Part shown: in pieces, positions 54,027 through 64,000 of the stretch
Layout of the letters: the number at the start of each line of letters is the position of its first letter
Numbering within the stretch: the stretch's first letter is position 1
Virus record (IMG/VR): IMGVR_UViG_3300033067_001382
Span: 1 to 64,000 of that record
Length of the DNA: 64,000 nt
Strand: one strand, 5' to 3'
Origin: a virus
Lineage: Duplodnaviria > Caudoviricetes
Notes under the pieces: generated by a model
Told to the model about the DNA's origin: nothing
Seen by the model: only the letters and a program-made list of their open reading frames with translations
Databases searched by the model: none
Position numbers and translations under genes: made by a program

Positions 54027-56180
54027 TCAAAGGCTGCGTATAACCGCTGATCCTTGGAGCGGGAGTCCTGTTAACCAATCCAAACTGGGACTTCCAGGAG
54101 GCATCATTGGGATTCCCCGAGCAACGCCCAATGGAGCTACTGCGGAGCCCAAAAGAACTTGAGGAGAAGTCAAGCTAATTGCGATACCGGCCGTGATGTT
54201 GCAAGCAAGTCCTGCGGTGATCGCCACCGCACCTGCTCCGGCAGCAATCGACATCGCCCCGGCCCCAGTGGAAAGCGAAACGGCTCCCGCACCCGTCGTG
54301 ACTGAGATGGCTCCGGTTCCGACGGTGACCGAGAATGCACCCGCCGGGCAAGCAAACGACATCGCCCCGGCTAGCACATTCTGGACATAGGCCCCTGAGA
54401 GAATGTTGCCCACGTACCCACCGGCCAAGATGGTGGACAACTTACCTCCGAGCGCGATGGTCTCCACGACCTGCTGAGCGTAGTTGGCCTGAGTCTTGCC
54501 ACTGACGAGAGTATTATACTCTCCATAGTTGCCAGAAAACCCACCCAGAGAGTTGATGTTTAGCCGAGAACAGTCAATCAAATAGCCACCATCGATTCGC
54601 TTCCGGTACTTACCGGCGATGATTTTGGTCTGGTTGCCGCTAACAAACTGTTCCTTGTCACCTTGAACTTGCTCACTAAGAGCGATGTCCTCAGTGTTGG
54701 GCACGCCCTTGTAACTCGACTTAACACCAGAGTGGTAGGCGACCGTGATGGCATTGCCGTTGCTATCCGACCCAATATCGGCATGCAGACCACCCTCCAA
54801 AGTCAGATTCAAGGAAACTCCAGTAGGGTTCGCTTTTCCAATGCGAGCCTTAACGGCCCCATCAAAGTTGGCCTCCACCGAAATATTCTTGGCGTCCGGA
54901 AGATCCTCATCCTTAGACCCCGGGACATTAAGAAAGAGCTTGCCTTCCTTGTTGACTGCAACAGCGAAACTAGTATCTTCAACAGCCTTTGGAGGCCGGA
55001 TGCGGAAAACGTAGGCCGCCGTTTTTGTATTGGCTTCATCCTTCGGAGGGTCACGCTCAACCTGCTCCAACCGGAAGGAACGTGGGCGACCACGTTGGTT
55101 GAACCCATCGAAGATCCGTGGCTTCATGAGCCGCGCGTAGTTCTCCGGATCATTGAACGCGTCGTTGCCGACGTAGGTGCCCAAAACCTGCTCGATGAAG
55201 ACCGCCGGTCGAGTCATTGAGAATCCATCGATTTCTCCGCGCACTTCTTGGACCATGTCGGTCATATGGCGCAGCTCGATGCGTCGCTCTGTGTAGGCTA
55301 ACCCTACCCCACCATCCTCGGCATCTTCGAAGTTGGTAGCTGGAGTGGGGCTAGCGTAGAAGGCCGCGCGACCGGTCGCGAACACCGAGGGTGGGAACTC
55401 GTTCACATCAACGATGCGGCTAAGCGCGACACCCTGCGCGTTGGAGAAGCTCGGCCCATTCGGTCGAGGGTGCGTTTTCTGGAGAAAGGGCAGCCCGTAG
55501 TAGTTTTCTTTTTCGGTCTTGAACGTCTTTCCGTCCGCCTTGAAGATTTCGATGGGGAGATTCATGTCTCCGCGGCGGATCGCACCTGAGAAGAGGTAGG
55601 TTGCGGAGTCACTCTCAACGCGATGAAGCGCTTGGCTGACAAGGGTCCGATCTGAGTCCCTCAACTCGATGAAGTCTCCCGCTCGATTGGTGATACGAAC
55701 GTCCTTGGAAAGTACGAACTCCGAGCCTGCGGCCGACATACCCCCAACGTCGCCAGACTTCATCCGGAGGCTTTTGTAACGCTGCGTAGCCCCATAGAGG
55801 CTGAGCACGTCGTCAGCCTCCTCGGGAGAGATCTCACCAGGGTTGACCGCTGAGAAGGGGTCGAACCGCATACCACTCTTAAGGCCCGTTGGCAAGTAAC
55901 CCAGGATCATTGCTTCGGTGAGCTGCTTGTGGCGGCGACGGAAGCCCAGGATAACCATGCTGTTGACTTCAGGCACGCCGCCCCAGAAGCTGCGCGGCCC
56001 TGCCATCCCTTGAGTCAGGCTGATCTCTAGCTGTTCCGTGCCACCCGTAATGACGTGGATGTCCGCTTTCATGTGGTGATCATCCACACGAGTAATGATA
56101 CCCACCTTGAGGCTCATCTCTTGATGAGGCCCGTTGGCGAACTCCTTGTCGGGTACTTTGCCGAAGTCGCTGCTACTCAT
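54027..56180 (-). CDS. Central baseplate spike (gp5/gpV/VgrG C-terminal-like)
   Basis: N-terminal OB fold (VGIITRVD...WGGVPEVNSMVILGF); C-terminal beta-helix repeats (EQVQGDKEQFVSGNQTKIIAG; SVTTGAGAVSLSTGAGAMSIAAGAG). Confidence 0.85.
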   Translation of the reverse strand: MSSSDFGKVPDKEFANGPHQEMSLKVGIITRVDDHHMKADIHVITGGTEQLEISLTQGMAGPRSFWGGVPEVNSMVILGFRRRHKQLTEAMILGYLPTGLKSGMRFDPFSAVNPGEISPEEADDVLSLYGATQRYKSLRMKSGDVGGMSAAGSEFVLSKDVRITNRAGDFIELRDSDRTLVSQALHRVESDSATYLFSGAIRRGDMNLPIEIFKADGKTFKTEKENYYGLPFLQKTHPRPNGPSFSNAQGVALSRIVDVNEFPPSVFATGRAAFYASPTPATNFEDAEDGGVGLAYTERRIELRHMTDMVQEVRGEIDGFSMTRPAVFIEQVLGTYVGNDAFNDPENYARLMKPRIFDGFNQRGRPRSFRLEQVERDPPKDEANTKTAAYVFRIRPPKAVEDTSFAVAVNKEGKLFLNVPGSKDEDLPDAKNISVEANFDGAVKARIGKANPTGVSLNLTLEGGLHADIGSDSNGNAITVAYHSGVKSSYKGVPNTEDIALSEQVQGDKEQFVSGNQTKIIAGKYRKRIDGGYLIDCSRLNINSLGGFSGNYGEYNTLVSGKTQANYAQQVVETIALGGKLSTILAGGYVGNILSGAYVQNVLAGAMSFACPAGAFSVTVGTGAISVTTGAGAVSLSTGAGAMSIAAGAGAVAITAGLACNITAGIAISLTSPQVLLGSAVAPLGVARGIPMMPPGSPSLDWLTGLPLQGSAVIRSL

Positions 56181-56193
56181 ACTACCTTACCTA

Positions 56194-59100
56194 TTACACA
56201 TTTGACGCGCGGATATTGTCGATTTCCGCTTGCAATTGCTGAATTTGCGCGTTGGTGTTTTCGAGGGTTGCCTCTTCGACCGCCAATTGATTTTGCAAAT
56301 CGGATCGAGTGTTAGGAGGAGCTTGCGCGAGGTCACGTTGGAGTTGAGTGATGCGAGCCCGGGTCAAGTCACCCTCACGGGAAAGAGAGCGAATCTCACC
56401 TTGCTTAGCGGTGACTTGACTCTGAGCCTCTAAGTTCCGGCCGAAATTACGGAAGTCCCTACCGAGCTGGTCTGAAGCAGAGCTACCTTGTTGAGCAATG
56501 GCGACAGGATCTCCCAAGTTAGCTCGATTAATGGATGAGAACGGCGGGGTGAACTCCCCAAACTGCTCCGGCGGAGGCGAAAAAAGATCCACCGGAGACT
56601 CAAGTGGAGTATCGAGATTGATAGTAGCCGTGCCAGTTCGAAGCTCTTCCTCGAACTGGTGATGTCGGTCATCCAACACTGAGTAAAGATTGGTTAGGTA
56701 CCTTTCCACCTGATTACGGATGTCCGAAAAGTAGACCGAATTTGCCACCACCGGGCGACCATTTGGATCCTCACTGACACCTGGAACCTCTCCGGATTGT
56801 CCGGGTGAGGTTCCGTTGAAAGTCTTCGTCTCGGTCGATGATGGGTTCAGTATCTTGATTTGATAACCAACGTTAATAAACGCGAGATCCGCTCGGCCGG
56901 TCATGCAGGCGCAATCTTGAGAGTCGGTATCCTGGTTGGCAGCCGTCAGCTCCGCTAGAGTCAGCGCCCGAGAGAGCTGACTGGCTTCCACGCTGAGCGG
57001 AAGGCCTTTCTGCTCTGGTGAGCCCAAAGGAGCAGTCTGAACGAACTCGGCTTCCGTGTTGATGAACTCGAATTTACCTTCGGGAGTCTTGATGCCCGCT
57101 GTTTGCCTATCCTCAGGCATCAGGTCGGCGATGGCCACCGCGGGGTTCGGGTAGGCATTGGTAATGGTCGTCAGACCCTGCGATTGAGCCGTCAAGGTCT
57201 CCAGCAGCCCGCCAGCCAAGGCGACCTGCGCATCGATGTTGGTTCGGGTATTGCGACCTGTATCGCTGACCACCAAGGAACCATCCCGAAGAGAGATTCC
57301 TCGCCCATAACGAAAGTGGCCTATGACTTCAAACCCACGCTCATCCGAAACAGGACGGATCATGCCGCTTGCGTTTCTCACGAAGGTGTCTCTGACGGTG
57401 GCGCCCTCTTTCGTAACTGTGATGTTGTTCGTCTGAACCAGTAGAATTTGCTGGACAGCCTTCATCTTGTCGTGTGCGTAGACATAGACCCCCGCGGAAG
57501 TCAACCCGTACTTATAGCGGTTCTGGTTATAATTGGTCGAGACATTCGTGTACTTTCCAGAGAGAAAGTCTTTATTTAACTCCTGCTCGTTGGTTTCTCG
57601 ATTCTTCTTCTGCTCAGGAGTTTCCTTGACAATCTTAATGTTGACCTTCTCACCACGACTTTTAGCGTTGACGACCTGATCACTGAGAGGACGGGTGTAT
57701 ACCATCACCGCATTCGGGTATCCGACAAGCCGTCCTGTCTTCGGGTGTCGGAGAATTAACGGCTCATTGGGATTGGGCTTGCCTGCCGGAACATCAGCAA
57801 GTGATGGGATTTGAGCCGCCTCCCCGATGTCGAGATGATAACTCCCCTGTTGAAGAATCTGCGGATCAAGGTTCTTAACATTGCCATTTGGCTTAGTCAG
57901 AGTAAGACCGCCAATCCCGCGAGGCGCAATCCACTTGCATCGACGGGCAGTCAAGTCAAGAGTCGTAGTGGCACGTCCTCCGAATTGGATATTGTGCGTG
58001 ATGCCACGTACGTACCAGAACGCATCTTTGGGGGCCACGTAGACGGGGAACCCAAGGCGCAACTCAGGTCGACATGGAATGGTGATGCTGGCAGTGTGTC
58101 GACGACTGTTCTTCCTATCAAGAATGTCCATCCCATGGTAGAACATAAGAGCGGGATCACCCATGAACTCCGAGTTGTACGGCATCGGACGCCATCCATA
58201 CTTGCGAAGTAGGTGGTAATCAGTGACTGAAGTATGAGGAGTGATCTCCTCCCCGAAGCCATAGTCGATGTTGCCTTGATCGTAGCTACCTTGCATCTGG
58301 ATCTGTGTGACGACTTCGGATTCAGAGTCGCTGAACGTCCAGTCGATGATGTCGATGTCCTGAATCCAGGAGATAGGCTTGCTCGGGAGGACGTCGAGGT
58401 TATAGAAGGGCGGCTTGAAGACAATGTCTCCCGTGACGTCCATGAAGAACTCGAATCCAATGGCTTCTTTGCAGGCCATCGCCAACTCAAGCTTGGTCTG
58501 GTATTCGGACTGCCAGAAGTTGATCTGCCCAGCCTGCATGAACTGCGTTCGAAAGGCCGTCACGTTGGCATCAGTGGGGTCGAAAACGCTTTGCCCATTT
58601 GAGGCCCCACCGGCATTTCGAACGGAGCTGGATGCGAATGACCTTACGTCTTTAATGCTGTTGGCATTGCCTTGATAGTATTCGTGGAGAGATGAACCAC
58701 GGACCAAAGTCCCGTTGATTCCGTAGAGGAGTAAGTTGCTGCGGACGCGCGAGAACCTCTCATTCCAGTAGCTCATAATGTCCGTCAATGCAGCCCCAAA
58801 GACTTGCCGCTGACCGGACTCACGGAAGTTGCTTGTCAAACTACCAGCTCCGATGATTACGTCACCGAAGCTCTGCTGAGCTAATGTCCAAATGACATCA
58901 TAAGGATTCTGACCATTGAAAGTATTGCCGTAAATGTTACGACCCGTCTGACCCGGAGGAGCCGTAAAAGCAGCATTGACATTCATCCGGCAGATATCCC
59001 ACCACTTGAGAATGTCTGCGCAGTGGATCGTCACCGTATGCTCACCGCCACTATAATCATCTGTAACCTCGGTGACGATACCCCAAAAGATGGGATAGTA

Positions 59101-59427
59101 TTGCGGAAGCCCCTCAAGGATGTAGTAACCCTTGGAGAAGATTTCGATCTCCATCATCGGAGTGATGATGGGGTTGCCGTCGAAGAAGAAGTCGTCTACC
59201 GCGTGCCGAGGAATCGACAGGTTGACGCTCGCGCTCCCGGGCACGCTCTCGATACCCAAGCTGACCTGAATCGAGGTGATGTACCTCGACAGGTCGAACT
59301 TCCGCTTGCAGTCCGGGCAACCGATAAGGTCGGTCTCACCGTTGATATAGACCACCGCGTCGGGGGCCGTGACAACAGTTGGGCGGACGTTTTCCTGGAA
59401 GTTACCTTGGAAGGGACTGCGTGCCAT
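56194..59427 (-). CDS. Baseplate hub protein (gp27/gpD-like) with C-terminal extension and coiled coil
   Basis: ITSIQVSL..ESVPGSASVNL; FEFFMDVTGDIVFKPPFYN; ITIPCRPELRLGFPV...YVRGITHNIQFGG.ATTTLDL. Confidence 0.8.
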   Translation of the reverse strand: MARSPFQGNFQENVRPTVVTAPDAVVYINGETDLIGCPDCKRKFDLSRYITSIQVSLGIESVPGSASVNLSIPRHAVDDFFFDGNPIITPMMEIEIFSKGYYILEGLPQYYPIFWGIVTEVTDDYSGGEHTVTIHCADILKWWDICRMNVNAAFTAPPGQTGRNIYGNTFNGQNPYDVIWTLAQQSFGDVIIGAGSLTSNFRESGQRQVFGAALTDIMSYWNERFSRVRSNLLLYGINGTLVRGSSLHEYYQGNANSIKDVRSFASSSVRNAGGASNGQSVFDPTDANVTAFRTQFMQAGQINFWQSEYQTKLELAMACKEAIGFEFFMDVTGDIVFKPPFYNLDVLPSKPISWIQDIDIIDWTFSDSESEVVTQIQMQGSYDQGNIDYGFGEEITPHTSVTDYHLLRKYGWRPMPYNSEFMGDPALMFYHGMDILDRKNSRRHTASITIPCRPELRLGFPVYVAPKDAFWYVRGITHNIQFGGRATTTLDLTARRCKWIAPRGIGGLTLTKPNGNVKNLDPQILQQGSYHLDIGEAAQIPSLADVPAGKPNPNEPLILRHPKTGRLVGYPNAVMVYTRPLSDQVVNAKSRGEKVNIKIVKETPEQKKNRETNEQELNKDFLSGKYTNVSTNYNQNRYKYGLTSAGVYVYAHDKMKAVQQILLVQTNNITVTKEGATVRDTFVRNASGMIRPVSDERGFEVIGHFRYGRGISLRDGSLVVSDTGRNTRTNIDAQVALAGGLLETLTAQSQGLTTITNAYPNPAVAIADLMPEDRQTAGIKTPEGKFEFINTEAEFVQTAPLGSPEQKGLPLSVEASQLSRALTLAELTAANQDTDSQDCACMTGRADLAFINVGYQIKILNPSSTETKTFNGTSPGQSGEVPGVSEDPNGRPVVANSVYFSDIRNQVERYLTNLYSVLDDRHHQFEEELRTGTATINLDTPLESPVDLFSPPPEQFGEFTPPFSSINRANLGDPVAIAQQGSSASDQLGRDFRNFGRNLEAQSQVTAKQGEIRSLSREGDLTRARITQLQRDLAQAPPNTRSDLQNQLAVEEATLENTNAQIQQLQAEIDNIRASNV

Positions 59428-59433
59428 GAATCC

Positions 59434-61239
59434 TCATTCATCTGAATTATTGACTGCCGAGCTGATAAGGTTCCCGGCGGCATTGAGGGCCGTGGGGGCA
59501 TCCCCGAAGAGCTGGCGAGCTGAGCCATCGAGTTCGGCGTTTCGCGCAGCATTGTCAACCAAGACCGCTTGATTGTTTTTGACTGGAATGCTCTTGACTT
59601 GTTGCTCGTAGTTGGCGGGACGGTCAAGACGGAACCGAGCCCGGATAGTGAAAGAGAACCGGTAGTCAAGCGAGTGTGGCTTCCCATCAGTCTCGGTGAT
59701 GGAGAAGTCATCAAAAGATCCAAGGTACATGACACCATCAAAGTAGATATAGACAGAGCCAACCAAAGACAATCTGGACCTTTGCGGATCATTGGCGTCT
59801 TGTCCGATTAGGTAAACTCCCCCATTGTTGCGGTAGAGCAGATAGAGAGAGAGGAAATTCTGGTAGCTCGCGCTGTACTGGCGAGCTGTTCGACTCAGGC
59901 CTGGCATCTCCCACCGCTGCAAGTCTTGCGCGTAGAACCCACCCAAGGTTCCGGAAGCTTCAAGCTTACCTTGGTTGCTCCCCCAATGCTCGACAATGGG
60001 CCCATTACGAGTCCAATTGCCGTTGCTGACCTTCTTCTCATCCGCGACGCTGAACGACTGCGGGTTAACCAACATGCGTAGCGGCGGGGTGTTCTTGATG
60101 TCCTCTATAGCCTTCTGTGTCGCCCGGATCGTTTGCAACTGAAGTTGTAGGAATTGCTTGCCTTGGTCAGTTGATACATTGTAACCCATCTTTGACAATT
60201 TGGAATTTTGCCGACTCGCACATTGAGCATTAAGGCTACCAACAAGTTGCCAATCTGGAGTGTTGGACTGGATAGGTTCACGAATAATAGGAGACGGTCC
60301 TTGCGTGGTCGACCCCATCCGAATCTTTGCGGCATCGAGCTGTGCTTGCACTTTTGAATTGAGAGGCGGAGTTCCAACCTCTCTCTCGATATCATCGTAG
60401 GTGATATAGCCCTTTTTGTCCTTGTCTAAATGTCGATTGGCCTTATAATTAGTCTCTTGTCGGGCGCCGTTTGGGTAGCCCTTTGCAACCGCATTTCCGT
60501 CATAGATTGATCCATTTTTGTTCAACTTCGCGTAGGCATCTCCGATCTGCTTGGCTTGAATTTGTGCCGCAGTGCTACCGGGTTTGATCCGATTCTTGAG
60601 GTAACGCTCCACCCAAACTAGCTGCTCTTCCTTTGTTAGTTTTCCGTACCCTGCAAAAAACTCTTCCGCCTTCTCTTTTGCCCCTGGGGTGCTGGCGTTT
60701 ATCTTATTTGCAGCATAGTACAGACTGAAAGCCGATTCCTTCGATAGCTGATTAAGCCCGATGGCGGATGAAGTATTACTTTTTCGCGATGGGTCAAACC
60801 CACTCTCATACTGAATAACCTTTGCCAACTGATCCGGTTGAACTTTAAGGCGATTGCACATCACCACGAAGCGATCCCAGAAGTCCGTACTGGATGTCGC
60901 GGTTGCACCATTCGGTAACGATGTCTTGTTGTTGATTCCGTCTGTTCGTGGAGCAGGGTTATCAACATAGACTGTTTCGGTAGCAGCACCTAACGTTGCC
61001 GCCACTGAGGCGGAGCGATCGAGTAGTCGTCCGGCGATCGTCACCGGAGGAGGGATAAGTCCAATGACGAAAATCTTCGGGTTCGGGCGCGCTGGAGTCA
61101 GCGGTAGAAACTCGAACGACGTCGGATCGGGGTTGACCTCCAACGAAGAGAATGCCGAAAGCCGTGCGTAGACCTCCGGCGAATAGTAGTCCGATTCTTT
61201 TTCGATCTGATCAACGATTGAGGAGGTGTTATCCGGCAT
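59434..61239 (-). CDS. Lytic-transglycosylase (SLT/lysozyme-fold) domain fused to a tube-initiator-like domain
   Basis: LAKVIQYESGFDP...SAIGLNQL; NRHLDKDKKGYIT; C-terminal LRMLVNPQSFS...VEHWG...YLGSFDDFSITE. Confidence 0.78.
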   Translation of the reverse strand: MPDNTSSIVDQIEKESDYYSPEVYARLSAFSSLEVNPDPTSFEFLPLTPARPNPKIFVIGLIPPPVTIAGRLLDRSASVAATLGAATETVYVDNPAPRTDGINNKTSLPNGATATSSTDFWDRFVVMCNRLKVQPDQLAKVIQYESGFDPSRKSNTSSAIGLNQLSKESAFSLYYAANKINASTPGAKEKAEEFFAGYGKLTKEEQLVWVERYLKNRIKPGSTAAQIQAKQIGDAYAKLNKNGSIYDGNAVAKGYPNGARQETNYKANRHLDKDKKGYITYDDIEREVGTPPLNSKVQAQLDAAKIRMGSTTQGPSPIIREPIQSNTPDWQLVGSLNAQCASRQNSKLSKMGYNVSTDQGKQFLQLQLQTIRATQKAIEDIKNTPPLRMLVNPQSFSVADEKKVSNGNWTRNGPIVEHWGSNQGKLEASGTLGGFYAQDLQRWEMPGLSRTARQYSASYQNFLSLYLLYRNNGGVYLIGQDANDPQRSRLSLVGSVYIYFDGVMYLGSFDDFSITETDGKPHSLDYRFSFTIRARFRLDRPANYEQQVKSIPVKNNQAVLVDNAARNAELDGSARQLFGDAPTALNAAGNLISSAVNNSDE

Positions 61240-62177
61240 CACTCACTCCTAGTAGGGAGTCCCGGAGAAGTTTCTCCGATAGCCCTTCGGGCCGCGTCTG
61301 CTTCTTGCCCTGCGGTTTTGGCTGCAAGTCTCTCAAAGTAACGAACACTTTCCTCTTTCGTTTGTCCGGCAAGATCCAAGGATTGAGCTGCGGCTATATA
61401 CCTGGCATTAGCCTTTTCTTGCAGATCATTGGCATTACCGACCTGACCAAGCAAGTTACCCTGGCGGTCACTCTCAAACCGGTTGCCGATGCTGTTCTGA
61501 GATTGGAAGTTCGGAGGTCGAGGCTTCCGAGCAAGCTGGTTGGCCGGGATTTGCAGGATGGTCTGTTCGACTTTGAAACTCATATCGAGCTGGAAAGCAA
61601 ACGGAGATTCATCTGTCTCTTCCATCTTGAAAGTCGTGAAGTGACCAATGTATGTACCTCGGTCGTACATCAGCATGATCTTACCCTGGAGAACGACACT
61701 GCCGTAAGGGTCATAGACGCTGCCGTTATTTTCGAATAGATCCTTGAGGCCTAAATAGCGGTCATAAGCAATGGTTCGCTCACGGAGAACACTTGTAAGA
61801 CCAGTGTTGATATTCAGGAAGGATCCCGTTGATGCCTGAATGGACATGTCCGACAACTCATCACCCCAGTGCTGCTCGACATGACCCCCTCGTGTTTGGA
61901 TGCGTTCCACCTTCTTGCTCAGACTTTCATCCAAAGAGCTAGGGGAAACGTGCATAACGAGCGCGTGAGGAAGCAACACCCTTCGAAAATCGAAGGGACT
62001 CGTTACCTGAAAAGCCACCGGAACCCCCGTCCCTCTTCGAAAGAGGCCGTTGGTATCCGATGACCCCTTGTCAATTCCATGCTGATAATTAGCCGGAGGG
62101 ATAACATCCATCGGAGAGGGGGCCGATGGAATGTCTTGTTTCGGAAAGTCTTCGTAGGTAGAACGAATCCTAGGCAT
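61239..62177 (-). CDS. Tail tube-initiator / baseplate centrepiece-like protein (gp48/gp54-like)
   Basis: LVMHVSPSSL...IQTRGGHVEQHWG...YIGHFTTFKMEE..ESPF.FQLDMSF; paralogous to the C-domain of the next gene. Confidence 0.72.
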   Translation of the reverse strand: MPRIRSTYEDFPKQDIPSAPSPMDVIPPANYQHGIDKGSSDTNGLFRRGTGVPVAFQVTSPFDFRRVLLPHALVMHVSPSSLDESLSKKVERIQTRGGHVEQHWGDELSDMSIQASTGSFLNINTGLTSVLRERTIAYDRYLGLKDLFENNGSVYDPYGSVVLQGKIMLMYDRGTYIGHFTTFKMEETDESPFAFQLDMSFKVEQTILQIPANQLARKPRPPNFQSQNSIGNRFESDRQGNLLGQVGNANDLQEKANARYIAAAQSLDLAGQTKEESVRYFERLAAKTAGQEADAARRAIGETSPGLPTRSE

Positions 62178-64000
62178 TAGGTGTACTTCTCACGCTTTTT
62201 GTACTCCAGAATTAGCTTAGGCACTTCGCGCCGGAGCATCTCCTTCATGCCGTTCGTGTAACTACCGTTGAAGTTGAGTTGGATATTATCTCCACCTCCC
62301 CCACTCTTGCCTCCACCAGCCGGAACGATCGTTTCCCCCTTGCCAATTGAGGCGAGTCCTTCACCGGCGGCCGGTGAGACCACCGCCATACCGTCGGAAC
62401 CGATGCTAGTCACCACCCCACCATCAGCATTCGGCATAAGTCGACTTCGTGCATCCTGGAGTGTACCCGTCGCCGTGAAACCAGACCCGTCCTTACCTCC
62501 AATCTTCGCCATCATGTCTTGCGGCTTGATGTCCTTATACATGTAGTATTCGAACAACGCTTGACGGACCGCATCAAGAACCGACTTACCCATGTCGGTC
62601 ATCGTTTGCGGAGCCAGTGGTACCCCGCTCTGCAAAGAAGTTGCGGTTGTAGCGGTGTTGGTAGCAGTATCCTGAGTTGCACTTGCGGTCGCAACGGCGG
62701 CCTTGTTAGAAGCCGATCCCGGAGAAGCAGGTGAAGACGGAGCAGCCGACGTCACCGGAGCTGACCCACCTGGGATAGCTGACTGTGGAGCGGCGGGGGC
62801 AGAGGCTTGCATTGGACTAGTTGTGCCTGCCTTATTCGAAGAAGACACCACGGCCTTCCCGTACTCTTCCGGGTCAACGAGGTTAATAAGTTCCTTCTGG
62901 AACTCTCCGATGAATTGCTCATTGGCTCCAGCATTTTGGAGGCTCGATGTCACACCCAAACCCTTATCAAAGGAGTCAATCAGTTTTGTGATCTGATCTT
63001 TTGACATTCCCTTGGTCTTAGCCAGTTGCTCAATAGTGTCGCGGTCCCCCTTGGTGAGAGACTGATCAACCGCACCTGTAACTCCGCGCATCTGCTCTTG
63101 AAGAGCTTCCTTCTCAGCCTTGTACTTATCGCGATCCTCCTGCTTGGTATCGGAAGCATTTTGCTTTCGATCCAACTCCATGATCTTTTTTGTGGTCTCA
63201 CCGTAGCTAAGGAGAGCCTTCTCAAAGTTCTTACCTTGATCACTATCCTTGATCTTGTTCTTGAAGGTGCCCGCATTGCCATTGCTGGAGTTCCACATGG
63301 CATGAATTCCCGGATCGCGTGACTTCATGATCTCCTTCTGCATTGAGATTTCCTTCTGGCTCTTGCCACCAAGGAAGCTCGGTATAGACTTGGATAACCC
63401 TTCCCAGATATCAACAAGAATGTTGTAGATGTAGTTGAAGAGAGCATCAAAAATATTCTCCAGCTTGTCCAACATCGAGTGGGTGTTCTCTGATGTCTTT
63501 TCGGCGAAGTCTTTTTGGCGAGACCCTTCAATAAGGGCTTCTGACTCAGTATCGGTCATCGAATTAAGGATTCGATTTGTGCTGGCAGAATCTACAGCAG
63601 CAGCCATATCTTCAGGCGACGCATTGTCCTTGACTTTGATACCAGACCTCAGAAAGAGTTTGCTGTTCTTCCCATTGATCTTAAGATCTTGCTTCATCAA
63701 CTCTCGTTGAGAGTCAATGCCTGCTTCCATCTTGGCCATGGAACGGAACTCTTCTTGAGAAATACCAGTGACTTGACGGGCTGCGTAGCCCTTGATCCCG
63801 GTCATATCTTTGAGTTTATCAGCACCTCCGAACCTCTTAAGTTCAGCTTTCTTGATGTCAAAAGAGGCTCCCAAACTGGCATTAGCTGCCGCGACACCGA
63901 CACCCATTTGTCCGCCAGAGGCAAGTTCGTTCTTGTCCATCTGCATCTCCATTGCAGCTTCACGATACTTGCCTGCACCCTCTACCAAATCGTCAAGACC
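62177..64000 (-). CDS. Tape measure protein, C-terminal part (open to the right edge)
   Basis: Helical K/E/A/S-rich sequence; frame open to base 64000; C-terminal ADGGVV...GETIVPAGGG...IQLNFNG is typical of TMP ends; upstream of tube-initiator and hub genes. Confidence 0.82.
   Translation of the reverse strand, partial: GLDDLVEGAGKYREAAMEMQMDKNELASGGQMGVGVAAANASLGASFDIKKAELKRFGGADKLKDMTGIKGYAARQVTGISQEEFRSMAKMEAGIDSQRELMKQDLKINGKNSKLFLRSGIKVKDNASPEDMAAAVDSASTNRILNSMTDTESEALIEGSRQKDFAEKTSENTHSMLDKLENIFDALFNYIYNILVDIWEGLSKSIPSFLGGKSQKEISMQKEIMKSRDPGIHAMWNSSNGNAGTFKNKIKDSDQGKNFEKALLSYGETTKKIMELDRKQNASDTKQEDRDKYKAEKEALQEQMRGVTGAVDQSLTKGDRDTIEQLAKTKGMSKDQITKLIDSFDKGLGVTSSLQNAGANEQFIGEFQKELINLVDPEEYGKAVVSSSNKAGTTSPMQASAPAAPQSAIPGGSAPVTSAAPSSPASPGSASNKAAVATASATQDTATNTATTATSLQSGVPLAPQTMTDMGKSVLDAVRQALFEYYMYKDIKPQDMMAKIGGKDGSGFTATGTLQDARSRLMPNADGGVVTSIGSDGMAVVSPAAGEGLASIGKGETIVPAGGGKSGGGGDNIQLNFNGSYTNGMKEMLRREVPKLILEYKKREKYT

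Larger units (their letters stand above)
1..64000 (-). other. Segment of a large myovirus-type (contractile-tail) bacteriophage genome, probably with a diderm host
   Basis: Dense co-oriented operons with ATGA/TGATG overlaps. Baseplate J, gp25-like, spike, hub and tape-measure genes sit beside DnaB, PolA and SNF2. No host housekeeping genes. A signal-peptide protein ending in YxF suggests an outer membrane. Confidence 0.93.

Noticed and set aside
54193-54400. Repetitive sequence in the spike gene (possible DGR or CRISPR-like repeat)
   Set aside because: Explained by the GAGA/VS beta-helix protein repeats; no spacers, template repeat or reverse transcriptase.
1-64000. Stop-codon reassignment, tRNA genes, CRISPR arrays, integrase/att sites
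   Set aside because: Standard-code ORFs tile the window with short gaps, and TAA, TAG and TGA all act as stops. The intergenic spaces are too short for arrays or tRNAs, and no recombinase motifs were seen.

Overview
The window is a 64-kb, moderately GC-rich slice of a large (jumbo-type) contractile-tailed dsDNA phage genome. It is almost fully coding, and every supported gene except two lies on the minus strand. Read in transcription order (right to left), it starts with a tail/baseplate morphogenesis operon: tape-measure C-terminus, two tube-initiator-like proteins (one fused to a lytic transglycosylase), hub, spike, a Gly-rich post-spike protein, gp25-, J- and I-like wedge proteins, and very large fibre/wedge proteins. 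An EndoVII-type homing endonuclease is inserted in this operon. Next come a translationally coupled three-gene membrane cassette (holin-like, inner-membrane-anchored, and secreted beta-strand protein with a C-terminal YxF signal) and a UvrD/PcrA helicase with long extensions. A two-gene plus-strand island (GH73-like muramidase plus an unknown gene) separates these from a replication operon: SNF2 helicase, degenerate DnaC-like loader, DnaB, stand-alone primase zinc finger and family-A DNA polymerase. The window ends with a DUF2997-like / DUF1257-like / Ycf46-like AAA+ triad that runs off the left edge; two of its three genes are missing from the supplied ORF track. I saw no tRNA, rRNA, CRISPR array, integrase, intein or stop-codon recoding. 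All family assignments come from visual motif recognition, not database searches.
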